Assembly: GCF_004010195.1 (NCBI RefSeq)
Contig: NC_057719.1
Location: 16,042,515 to 16,106,514, forward strand
DNA length: 64,000 nt
Origin: Chiloscyllium plagiosum
Taxonomy: Eukaryota
Direction of reading: 5' to 3'
A program made the translations under genes and the position numbers. Under the pieces are notes generated by a model, which saw only the letters and a list, made by a program, of their open reading frames with translations, ran no database searches and had not been told where the DNA came from. Of this stretch, positions 13,770-24,915 are shown piece after piece; positions within the stretch are counted from its first letter, which is position 1, and each line of letters begins with the position of its first letter.

Positions 13770-14188
13770 TTTTTTTTTTCCTTTTTCATTTTTTCTTCTT
13801 TTTTAATTTAACCCCCACACTACCACCTAAGTGCGGTAGTGCTTATTTTTTCCCCCAGCACCCATGGTGTGTGTGTGCAGGTGTGAGACACAGTGAAAGA
13901 CACAAAGTGCACGAATCTTTATTCAAATTCCACCACCAGAAAGATAGGAAAATACCCGGGTGTCCAGTGACAAACACTGCCCTTCACATCAAAGGGCAGT
14001 GCTGTGTGATCAAAACAGTGAAGGGGAGGGTAGGGACTAAATCAAAATAGAGTTGGAGGGGGAAATAATGCACTCCACTCCCTGCGGCGCCCACCTTTCC
14101 CTGAACAACTCCAGGGTGTTGGTCGACACCGCGTGCTCCTTCTCCAAGGACACCCGGGCTCTAACGTAACCGCGGAAGAGGGGCAGGC
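13770..14188 (-). mobile_element. Short Tx1 3' copy A in the Gypsy LTR
   Basis: Homologous to 12503-12900; flanked by GACACTTCTC at 13760-13769 and 14189-14198. Confidence 0.9.
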
Positions 14189-14198
14189 GACACTTCTC

Positions 14199-14704
14199 TT
14201 TTTTTTTTTCGGCCCTAATGACCCTCTCCACGGCTCGCTGCCTGGACCTTCTCCTGTTTATATTTTTTTTCTCCTGTTTATATTTTTTTTTTCTCCTGTT
14301 TATTTTTTATTTTTATTTTTTTCTTTCAGTTTCCACCACCAGGAAGATAGGAAAACACCCGGGTGGCCTGCTCCTGTTTATTTATTTATTTATTTATTTT
14401 TCCTCTTTTTAATAATTTAACCCCCACACTACCACCTAAGTGCGGTAGTTCTCCTGTTTATATTTTTTTTTTCTCTCTTTTTCTTTTTTTTTATAATTTA
14501 ACCCCCACACTACCACCTAAGTGCAGTAGTACAGTGGAGGGGAGGGTAGGGACTAAATCAAAATAGAATTGGAGGGAGAAATGATGCACTCCACTCCCTG
14601 CGGCGCCCACCTCTCCCTGAACAACTCCAGGGTGTTGGTCGACACCGCGTGCTCCTTCTCCAAGGACACCCGGGCTCTAACGTAACCGCGGAAGAGGGGC
14701 AGGC
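14199..14704 (-). mobile_element. Short Tx1 3' copy B with composite tail array
   Basis: Same 5' end as copy A, internal UTR deletion near 14530, flanked by GACACTTCTC (14189-14198, 14705-14714); the tail holds five CTCCTGTTTA repeats. Confidence 0.88.
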
Positions 14705-14802
14705 GACACTTCTCTTTTTATCTGGTCAGCCAGGACTCCTTATTGGACCAGATTAACAGCCCCAGTCAGGGAACTCAGTTAAAAAACCATGGATATCCAG
14801 CT

Positions 14803-14948
14803 GACATAGAGTCGTAGAGATGTACAGCATAGAAACAGACCCTTCGGTCCAACCCGTCCATGCCGATCAGGTATTCCAACTCAATCTAGTCCCACCTGCC
14901 AGCACCCGGCCAATATCTGTCCAAACCCTTCCTATTCATATATTCATC
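14803..14948 (-). mobile_element. CR1 3' tail
   Basis: Near-identical to 7857-8000. Confidence 0.85.
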
Positions 14949-15485
14949 TTTCCAATCACTATCGACTGACCCACAAAGTGCCTCTCAGGTAACTCTTTGA
15001 ACAGATAAAGTCAGTCAGTTATGTTGTAATTAATCTCAACTTGGTCTTTAAGATATTTTGGAAAATCTCAGCTCAATTTTTGAGTAATCCAACAGATATT
15101 GGTAAATGCAATAACACCAGTACTTATAGTATTGGAAAATGAATCAATATTCTGGGTTTCTTTGAATGTGTCAGCTGTTCAGCTGGATATAGAGCAATGA
15201 ATGGAAGATCTGTAGCAAGGTTCCCAAAATAATTGTGTGCCATTAGCACTCCTCAAAAATGAATCAGATCTCTGATACCCACATCAAGAACACACAATGA
15301 AATTTATAGCTTTTATAGTTATTGTCATTGGACTTATGCTTTGAAAATTGATTTAGTTTGATAGTTTTGTGGCATTTTAATCCTGTTTGTTATATTACAA
15401 AACAGAGTCTATGTTACAACTGAGAATGATATCAATCGGGGGAAAAAAGCAAAGGCAAAAGCAAAAGCAGAACTTGCAGAAGACC

Positions 15486-15620
15486 CTAAAGATGGGTCAC
15501 TGGACCCCTAACATTAACTCTGCTTTCTCTCCACAGATGCTGCCAAACTTGCTGAGTTTTTTTCCAGCAATTTCTGTTGTTGTTTTAGATTTCCAGCATT
15601 TGTAGTTCTTTGTTTCTTTT
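15486..15620 (+). mobile_element. Degenerate PLE-derived short repeat
   Basis: GGGTCACTGGACCC helix-II remnant, then AACATTAACTCTG...CACAGATGCTGCC; homologous to 56869-56966. Confidence 0.55.
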
Positions 15621-15626
15621 GACAGA

Positions 15627-15895
15627 GTCAATAGAATCCCTACCATGTGGAAAGAGGCCACGCAGTCCCTCAGGTCTGCACCAGCAATAAAACAGCATCC
15701 CAGCTAGACCCAGACCCTCATTCTACCCCTGTAACCCTGCATTTATCATGGCTAATCCACCTAGGCTGCACACCTTTGGACCGTGGGAGGAAAACAGAGC
15801 ACCTGGAGGAAATCCATGCAGGCATGAGAGAACGTGCAAACGCCTCACAGACCCAGGGCTGGAATTGAACCTGGGTCCCCATGAGGCAGCAGTGC
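15627..15895 (-). mobile_element. HE1-type SINE (diverged)
   Basis: B box GGTTCAATTCC and core remnants. Confidence 0.75.
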
Positions 15896-16611
15896 GTCCT
15901 ATACTCACTATGTAGTGAGCTACCGAGAATAGAGTGAGAAAACCTGTGAGAGAAACTCTCGTTGAGAAACTCTCACTTGCCAAATTCTGGTAACGTTCAG
16001 TCCTCTGTTAGGTTTAGAGGCAAAGTTCCTACAACTGAGTAATACCTCCGCTGAAAGCCATGTTTTCAGTAAACAGTTAGGAAATGAAATATAAATATTG
16101 ATTTAATTAAAAGTGCAATCATGGGCGATTTACTCTTGTTATTTTTTTCTCAGCGTTAATGTGTTCCAATAACTTTAAGTATCCAAACCATTTCAACAGA
16201 CCGAAAAGTTCGCATTGAAATCCGTTCACCAACAACAATCAGTTGAAGGATAATCATTACTTAAAAAGAAAGATTCAGAATCCAAGGAGCTGCGTAACTT
16301 CAAACCATATGTGATCCTGCTTAATTAAAGTGGAAGAAAAGGCCTTGATCTGCTGTTTGTTTTGGTCACAGTGGGGTGGGATTAATTCTCAGAAGTTCAA
16401 TAGAAATCTTGCACAGCTGTTACACCTTTGGACAGCAGTGTCGAACAAAGAAGCCCTGATGATACTACAGAAGGTAATGGCTGCTGGCCATTTACAGAGT
16501 GAAACATTCTTTCTCATCTAGTCCCTGAAATAGTTAGGAGATTTCAGCTGCTCAGCTTTTGTAGCAAAATCACAGACCTCTGTATTGAGAACATCTATGC
16601 CTGTTAGAACA

Positions 16612-16785
16612 GGAAGAAAGACTTGTATGTCTTCAGTTCCTTTCTTGATCTCTGGAAGTTCCAGAGTGCTTTACAGCCAACTAAGATCTGTTGAAGTGTA
16701 ATTGATGGTGTAATAATGGCAAGAAAGCAACTGTTTCCAGGTAACAATGTGATAATAACCATTTATGGTGATGTTGGTTGGCCAG
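16612..16785 (-). mobile_element. Deu-type SINE 3' part (L2-like tail)
   Basis: Reverse complement of the motif TTGGCTGTAAAGCACT...GAAAGG...ATACAAGTCTTTCTT, shared with 32330-32500 and 45795-45975. Confidence 0.55.
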
Positions 16786-18264
16786 AGTCATAGAATAGAA
16801 TCGTGGCATCACAGAAGAAACCATTTGAGTTGTTGTGTCTTTCCTGGCCCTGTGATGGAGCAGTTCTCATACTGTCATTCTTCCACCCTCTCCCTATATT
16901 CCTATTGCTGCCCTGCGTCAAAGTATCCACCTCACTTCTCTGAAATGAAATGTAGGGCTGAATCTCAGGGTTTTTTGGCTATGTGCGAGTCATATAGAGT
17001 TTAGTGATGTGATTCAACCCATGAAGTCTTCATATTTCTTACCAAACTCACCTCAACAATGGACATTTCAGCCCTGATAGCAAGTATCATGTCTGATGAC
17101 TACCCCATCCTAATACACACTACTCATCAAGCAACACGCTACTCACCAGAGAATTGACGAGCACCATCTTTAAAGCCGGTTGTGCACCCGGACAAGTTCT
17201 GCCAGTCCAGACGTGCCCTGCACCTTTCCTGACATTTGCCCCAGAGGGATGGCCAGCATTGTAGGATGGAGGTTAATGTCCTTCCCCACTCTGCCACCAT
17301 CTTCTCTCCAATACCTTGCACTCATTCTATCTCTGCTACTGCATTCGTCACCCACCGAGGCTCATGCTGTATATGTTTCAGGCAATAGCGAGACATTTCC
17401 CTCACTCGCTCCTACCCACTCCAACCACCAGCTGCACTAACCTGCATGCCCTCTGAGCTGTCGACCCTCTTGTTCGGAAAGCCTACACCAACAATAATAG
17501 AAGAAATTTGGTGGTTGCGCAGCTATCATAAAATATGCCTCTCTCGTCCAGGAGCAAACAGCCTACAATAGAACAAAAATAGACAACAGGTAGCATTGTG
17601 CCTGTCATTTAGCTCCTCCCCACTTATCAGCAGAGGATCCTAACTCGAACTGCTCTGAGCAGAGTCTGACCTGGTATTGGAGACTGGCCTTCACTGTACT
17701 GGGACCCACTGAATGAAGGTAATTAACCTTAACTGGACTGATGCCTGCTGAGAACCATGGCAAGCTCCCCAGCTTTGTGTCTGACCTAAATAGCGCAGGA
17801 AAATAGTAATATGAACCCGGTATCTCTAGCTTTGGAGGCAATGCACAAAATGGTATGGCAAGGCAATGCACAGAAGGGATGCTCTGAGCTTCGAGTAAAT
17901 TTCACAGCATTTGTGCACTTCAGCAGTGAGCAGAGATACAAGAAAGCAAAATACTGTGGATGCTGGAAATCTGAAACAAACACAGAAAATATTTCAGTTC
18001 TGAAGGAGAGTCGACCTGCTGAGTTTCTCCAGCATTCTCCGAGTTTGTTAGTCCAGAGTTGCAGCCTGGTCCAGTCCATGAGCTTGTTGCATGTCCATCA
18101 ACGCATAGTGTTCTTGCTGCAGCATAACAATGATTGTTGCCTGTGGCTCAGCATTGACATGCCGAAGTGTGCTGGATCAGAGATGAGCAATGATGGTTTA
18201 TAGAGTCTGGCAAGTGTCAAATGCCAATGTCCAGGGTGTATGTGTCTGGTGCCTATGGAGATAA

Positions 18265-18725
18265 AGTCATAGAGCCATAGAGACATACAGCATGGAAACA
18301 GACCCTTTGGTCCAACTCGTCTATGCTGACCAGAAATCCTAAATTAATCTAGTCCCATTTGCCAGTTCCTGGCCCATATCCCTCTAAACTCTTCCTATTC
18401 ATAAACCCATCCAGATGCCTTTCAACTGTAATTGTACCAGCCTCCATCACTTCCTCTGGCATCTCATTACATACAAACACCACCCTCTGCATGAAAAAGT
18501 TGCCCCTTAGGTCCCTTTTAAATTTTTGCCCTCTCATCCTAAAACTATGCCCTCTAGTTCTGGACTCCCCCTCCCCACAGAAAAGGCCTTGTCTATTTAC
18601 CCTATCCATGCCCCTCATGATTTTATAAATCTCTATAAGGTCACCCCACAGCCTCCAACGCTCCAGGGAAGACAGCTTCAGGCTATTCAACCTCTCCCTG
18701 TAGCTCAAATACCCCAAATCTAGCA
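18265..18725 (-). mobile_element. CR1 3' fragment
   Basis: LSYRERLN...GDLIEIYKIMRG...GNFFMQRVV and CR1 tail. Confidence 0.92.
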
Positions 18726-19015
18726 TACTCACAGGGTGATAAGATTTCACCCATAATTTCTTTTACAGCTAATATCTATGCTGCACAATTACACTTGATC
18801 TTGAAATTCCAAAAAAGAAGTCTCCTGGTACATTTTTGTTCAAGTTCTGTTTTCTAATTTATAATCCAAAAAGAAAAAAAAAATGTAAATGTTCCTTATG
18901 TACGAATTGCTAGATTTAAATGTGAGATCTGAAATGTAGTGAAATGGATGGTAACTGCCTGATAGAATCTTTCAGCTCTACGTATCTGTGATCAAAACAC
19001 ATCAGCTGCGACCTC

Positions 19016-19150
19016 ACTAAAATGACTCCACAGAGGCTGGTATCCTATCACCAAATCACCCTTTACTTACAAATGGAAAGTCTTTGACACTGGTCCAGCT
19101 CCCTCAGAGCCAGCTCTCAGATTCAACAGAACCTTTGACGTTCCTGTTTA
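19016..19150 (-). mobile_element. Gypsy LTR fragment (same family as 13319-14962)
   Basis: AAATGACTCCACAGAGGCTGGTATCCTATCACCAA... aligns to 13321-13410 and 13751-13770. Confidence 0.8.
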
Positions 19151-19200
19151 TTTTTTTGTCTCCAGGAGTGTCAGAGAGAACAGAACCTCTGACATGCCTG

Positions 19201-22200
19201 TTTTTTTTTGACCCTCCTGTTTGTTTTTTTTTCTCCTTTTCCCCACACTACCACCTAACCGCGGTAGTGCTTATATTTCCCCCAGCCCCCATGTTGTGTG
19301 TGTGCAGGTGTGAGACACAGTGAGAGACACAAGGTGTATGAATCATTATTCGGTTTCCACCACCAGGAAGAAAGGAAACACCCGAGTGGCCAGTGACAAG
19401 CACTGCCCTTCACAAAAGGGCAATGCTGTGTGATCAAACAGTGAAGGAGGGCAGGGATTAAATCAAAATAGAATTGGAAGGGGCCAGTTTATGGCCAGGC
19501 CCAAGAGCAGACCCATGAGGAGGTCTTCAGACCTGCCCTCCCTCCTCTGTACCGGGTGCCCGACGATCAGGAGCATGGGACTGAAGTGCAACTAAAAGCA
19601 GAGGAGATTTTTAAGAAAATCAAAAGGGAGTGCAAACGCCCACACCCAATATATACGTGGTCCACGGACTCCACAGAACAAGCAGTTGGGCTGGGAGTCC
19701 GTGAACTACCACAATCTGCGGTTGCAGGGGACCGCTACATGCAGCACCTTCCACCCCAGATCCCTGAGAGAAAGGGGGAGGACTCCCACGTAGAGAGCCC
19801 TCCACTGGGGATCCCCACCGCCCGGTGGCAAATGGACCCACCGAGGCGTGTCCGGTTGGTGGATGAGGGACAAGCGGTGGATGGTGTGCAGCAGCAGTCT
19901 ATACAGGGCCCACTTTATGTCCATAAAAAGGGACAAAATTAAAATTCCGGAGGCAGCTCAGGTTGTGGGGCACAGGCTCCCGTGGAAAGTACAGGACCTT
20001 GGGGCCAATGTGAAATTCCGTGCGGGCTGGGGTGAGTGCGGACAGGATCCCACCGCACACCCAAGCATCCAACTGGTGCACTACGTCGGGTCCGAGCACC
20101 GCCGTTTTAAGGTGTTGGATGGTGGTGGCCACGCTGCGGCAGCGTCCAGCCCAGGCCCCCGGCACCCAGCACGTCCCCGACCCTGGCCCCCCCCGCCGCC
20201 ACGGCCCTCCCCCCCGACAGCCACTCGAACCCGCGAGTACGGAGGTGCGGATTCCTGAGCAACGGCTCCCTGACGACAGCCGCTACTCCAGCCGGAGGGT
20301 AGGCGCGACGCGATTCGACCATGTTCCAGACAGTGATCAGGTCCTGGTAAAAGACAGGCAGCGTCTTGACGACGACCTCCAAACGGTCGACGAACAGGAG
20401 CTGCGTGTCGTAGTTGAGGTTACGCACCTGGCAGAAAAAATACGTCGCCAGGGCGCACCACCTAGGAGGAGGCTCGACGTAAAGGTATCGCCGCAAGGTC
20501 TGAAGGCGGAACGTCGCGACCTGGGTGCGGGCGCACACCAGCGACTGACCGCCCTCCTCAATAGGGAGACTCAGAGCCTGCGCGGCGACCCAGTGCATCT
20601 TTTTGTCCCATCGACCAACGTTCTCTGGATGTCAGCGACAAAGCCAGGAGGAGGGACCAAAGTGACCAGCCGGTACCACAGCATGGCGCCCACCAGCTGG
20701 TTTATAACCAGCACTGACACTCTGCGGCGGCGTACAAAAGTCGGATCCGGGCGACGAACTGCGCCCCGAACCCGAATGCCCGCAGAGTCCCGAGCAGGTA
20801 CTCGTGATCGACCCTGTCGGACGCCTTCTCCTGGTCGAGAGACAGGAAGGCGCTCGGCAGACCAGCCCGTCGACAGAAATGGATCAGGTCCCGGACCAGG
20901 TGGACGTTATCGTGTATCCTCCGGCCCGGGACCGTGTAGGACTGGTCCGGGTGGATCATGTGGGCCAGCACGGAGGCCAGGCGAGAGGACAACACCCTGG
21001 CGAAGATTTTGTAATCCGTGCCGAGGAGGGAGACCGGACGCCAGTTCTTTAAGGAACGAAGGTCCCCCTTCTTTGGCAGCAGGATGATGACCGCCCTGTG
21101 CCAAGAAAGGGGCAGCAGTCCGGCATTTAGGCACTCCCCCAGGACCTGTGCGTAGTCGCTCCCCAGGACGTCCCAGAACGCCCTGAAGAACTCCACAGTC
21201 AGCCCGTCCAGCCCCGGGGTTTTGCCCCTCGAGAGCCGGTCGAGGGCGCCGGTCAGCTCCTCCAAAGTGACGGGAGCGTCGAGCCTTCCGGCGTCCTCCG
21301 GGCTGAGCTGCGGCAGGTCCTCCCACAGAACTCTGCGAGCATCCTCGCTGGACGGATCCGGAGAGAACAGGGCTGTGTAATAGTTTCGGACGTGGGCCCT
21401 GACGCCCTCCGGGTCCGAGACGAGGGACCCGTCGTCGGCCAGCAGCACAAGGAGCTGCTGGCGGGTGCCACGCCTTTTTTCCAGCGAGTAGAAGAAGGGG
21501 GAGCCGCGGTCCAGGTCCTGGAGGAGCTGGATCCGCGGCCTCACGTACGCGCCCCGAGCCCCGACGAGCTGCAGGTCCCGGAGCGCGGCCTTCTTCTCTT
21601 CGTACGCCCCGCGCAGGGCCGGGTCCGCGTCGGGCTGACCGAGGCGTGAATCCAGGTCGAGCATCTCCCTCTCCAACTCCCCGATCCTGGATTTCCGCCT
21701 CTTCGTCGACCCCCTCGCGTACTCCTGACAGAAGACGCGGACGTGAGCCTTGCCCATGTCCCACCATAGCCTCAGGGAGGGGAAGCTTCCCCCCTTCCTT
21801 CTCCAGCTGGCCCAGAAACGACGAAACGAGTCCCGGAACCGCTCGTCCTCCAGCAGCAGGTTGTTAAAGTGCCAGTACGCGGAGCCGAGCCTGGCGCCGA
21901 ACAGGAGTTCCATCCACACCAGGTGGTGGTCCGTGCAGGACACCTGCCACGTGGAGGCCTTCGGAAAACAGGAGGCGTACGCCCGCGAAATGTACAGGCG
22001 GTCGATTCTGGACGCTCCGACCCCAGGCCTCACGAAGGTGAAGGCGATGGAGTCGGGATGGAGATTCCGCCAGACGTCCACCAGGTCGAAGGACTTGACC
22101 AAGTCCCCCAACCTCTTCCCCGACGCCCAGTCAGTGCGGGCACCGCCGTGGTCCCTGCCCTCGAGGACACAGTTAAAATCTCCCGAGGATGACGCACTGG

Positions 22201-24195
22201 TTCTTGTCAATGGAGGCGAGATGAGCGGACACTTCTTCAAAGAAGCTCGCTTGCCTCGGCCCGGCCAGGGGAGCATAGACTTTCACCAAGTGAAGCACCG
22301 CGCCCCCCAGCCGAACCGTCAGGTGAAGCAAACGGCCTGGCACTGGCTCCCTGACCCCCAAGATCTCCGGCTGAAAATGCAGGGCCAACAAGATAGCCAC
22401 CCCGCCAGATCTGCGGGTGAGGTGACTCATGTAAACTCCCCCTCGCCACTCCAGGAGCCAGGTGGCTTCGTCTCCCGGGGTAGTGTGGGTTTCTTGCAGG
22501 AAGCACACCGCATACCACCCGTCCCGAAGGACCGAGAGGGTCTGGAATCTGCGCTGTTACTCCTTGCTGCCATTGATGTTGAGGCAGGCTATAGTTGTCT
22601 CCATGTCAGAAGCGTTGTGCAACCACCACCAGTACAGTTAAAAACCTATATACATATTTACAGGGAGGACAAGGGAGGGGCACAGATGTCCCTCGCCCTC
22701 ACCAGGAGCGCCCCCAGGAAGTTCCTGACTCGCTTTCGCTCATTGACATCGAGCCCAGGCGCCTGGTGAGCAGCGTGGGCCGAACAGTAAACTCTCTCGA
22801 AGGAGCTCCAGCGGTCGAGCGCCAGTTGGGCTCTATCACGGCGACTCCGAGTTTTCTCGACAAACTCCTAGAGTTCCTCGAGGGGGATGGGGGGAGATCA
22901 GTGGGCGGCACCTGGGATTCAAAAATGTCACTGCAGACAGAGTCCACGTCGTCCCTGGTGTCCACCACCGATCCCGAACCCTCCTCAAGGAGGTCGCCCT
23001 CGGTCACCGACCCCTCCCCCACCAAGAGGATGGGTGCTGGTCCGGCGCCGCCAACCGGCCTCAAACCCCCGGCGACCCCACCCCCAGGGTCACCGGCGGT
23101 ACCTTCCTCGGTGCACCCCTTCCCGGAACACCCCGAGTTCAGCTCATCGGGCAGCAGAGGCTCGGGGCCCCGCTCCTCTCCCGACACCGGGACGCCCGGC
23201 TCCTCAGGAAAAATGTCCTCCCCCAGGTCCAGGGCCCCCGGGAAAACAGTCTGGGAGGGAGGAGCGAAGATAACGCCTTCCGCCCCTCCGCCACTCGACG
23301 ACCCAGCAGAGGGTCCTCCGTTGTTGCCGACACCATGGCCCGTGTGGTTATTAAAGTCCTCCCCAGGGGCCGGAGGAGTTGAGGCAGCAGGAGGCCCTGC
23401 TGTAGCCCCTGGGGGTTTGGGTAGGTCGGGCCACGGTGCCGGACAATGAAGAGGCATCATTAGCTCATCCGCTGAAGAGGGGCAGCACCACGAGCGCGCT
23501 GCTGGAGTATCTCTCCCCTCCAAGGGCCAGTGCCTCTTTCCCAGAGGGACAGGGGGGAATTTATGGGCCTTCCCCTCCCCGCCCGCCTTGGTGGTCATGG
23601 GGCCCGAGGTCCCTCCCCCCAGCCTTTCCCGGAATACGATTGGCTGGGGGAAGACAGGGGGCGTGGCCAGGGTGGGGAGGGTCAGGTGTGTCACTTCCTG
23701 CCCCGCCCCTGGTTTATCAGGTGATGGCGGGCGGGGCAGGGGCCCAGTTCCCTCTCTGGGGCCCAGAGACACGGTCGCTGGAGGAGGTAGGGCAGCGGTG
23801 GTTCCCCCCAGGTTAGTGCTAGGGTGCGGCTGGGTGGGATGGGACGGGACGGGACGGGGCGGGGCGGGGCGGAGCTCAGGGGTCCCCGGGCCAGGCGTTG
23901 CTCTATCGGGGTGGGTGTGGGGTCAGTGGGGCCGGGGTCAGTGCGGCCAGGATCAGGTATGGGTTTCGGGGTCAGGGTTCCCGCGCCAGGGCGACGCTGG
24001 CACAGCCGCAGGGGCATTGTCGTGCCGGGGTGGGGTAGGTCGTGGGCTAGGTGTCGGGGAAGGGAATAGGGTGGTCTCCCCGTGGGCGGGCCTGACATGC
24101 CGCGCCTTCTGGCCAGCCGGACGCTCACCCCCCTCCCTGCCAGAGGCTGGAGCATTGGAAGCCTCCGGTGCCGGGGCTTGTGGTGTTGACTTTGG
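19201..24195 (-). mobile_element. Long Tx1-clade LINE (ORF1 3' part, APE-RT ORF2, 3' UTR), defective
   Basis: ORF2 ATG at 22604 (METTIACLNING), CFLQETH, GDFNCVL, SRIDRLY, TDHH, KTPGLDGL, KNWRPVSLLGTDYKI, SLDQEKA; C-terminal Cys/His region near 19700-19620. Contains an early stop, frameshifts and deletions. The 5' end falls in the gap. Confidence 0.93.
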
Positions 24196-24619
24196 NNNNN
24201 NNNNNNNNNNNNNNNNNNNNNNNNNNNNNNNNNNNNNNNNNNNNNNNNNNNNNNNNNNNNNNNNNNNNNNNNNNNNNNNNNNNNNNNNNNNNNNNNNNNN
24301 NNNNNNNNNNNNNNNNNNNNNNNNNNNNNNNNNNNNNNNNNNNNNNNNNNNNNNNNNNNNNNNNNNNNNNNNNNNNNNNNNNNNNNNNNNNNNNNNNNNN
24401 NNNNNNNNNNNNNNNNNNNNNNNNNNNNNNNNNNNNNNNNNNNNNNNNNNNNNNNNNNNNNNNNNNNNNNNNNNNNNNNNNNNNNNNNNNNNNNNNNNNN
24501 NNNNNNNNNNNNNNNNNNNNNNNNNNNNNNNNNNNNNNNNNNNNNNNNNNNNNNNNNNNNNNNNNNNNNNNNNNNNNNNNNNNNNNNNNNNNNNNNNNNN
24601 NNNNNNNNNNNNNNNNNNN
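24196..24619. other. Assembly gap
   Basis: Run of N. Confidence 1.
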
Positions 24620-24915
24620 GTGAGCCTTGCCCACGTCCCACCATAGCCTCAGGGAGGGGAAGCTTCCCCGCTTCCTTCTCCAGCCGGCCCAGAAACAACG
24701 AAACGAGTCCCGGAACCGCTCGTCCTCCAGCAGCAGGTTGTTAAAGTGCCAGTACGCGGAGCCGAGCCTGGCGCCGAACAGGAGTTCCATCCACACCAGG
24801 TGATGGTCCGTGCAGGACACCTGCCACGTGGAGGCCTTCGGAAAACAGGAGGCGTACGCCCGCGAAATGTACAGGCGGTCGATTCTGGACGCTCCGACCC
24901 CAGGCCTCACGAAGG
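24620..24915 (-). mobile_element. Second Tx1 ORF2 segment, 5'-truncated
   Basis: Matches 21743-22038 with about 5 substitutions. Confidence 0.9.

Larger units (their letters stand above)
3820..14962 (-). mobile_element. Decayed Gypsy LTR retrotransposon (Mag-like), heavily interrupted
   Basis: Minus-strand order: 5' LTR (14962-13319, ends in CA), PBS-like TGGCAACAAG (13317-13308), gag start near 13237, protease VRMEVDTGAAVS near 11960-11927, RT pieces (PFGVSSACS near 10810), RNase H, integrase zinc finger (ELHQGHPGVSKLKMLVRSYVWW, near 6290-6210), PPT GGGGGAGGGA (3912-3903), partial 3' LTR from 3902 downward. Many stops and frameshifts. Confidence 0.88.

Noticed and set aside
14251..14460. 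CRISPR array
   Set aside because: Eukaryotic context, 10-bp repeats with polyT and no cas genes; explained as target-site duplications.
19556..23816. Long plus-strand GC-rich ORFs (for example 20020-21087, 21750-22769, 22595-23449)
   Set aside because: Antisense shadows of the GC-rich Tx1 ORFs.
23588..24910. ORFs containing X runs
   Set aside because: Artefacts of the N gap.
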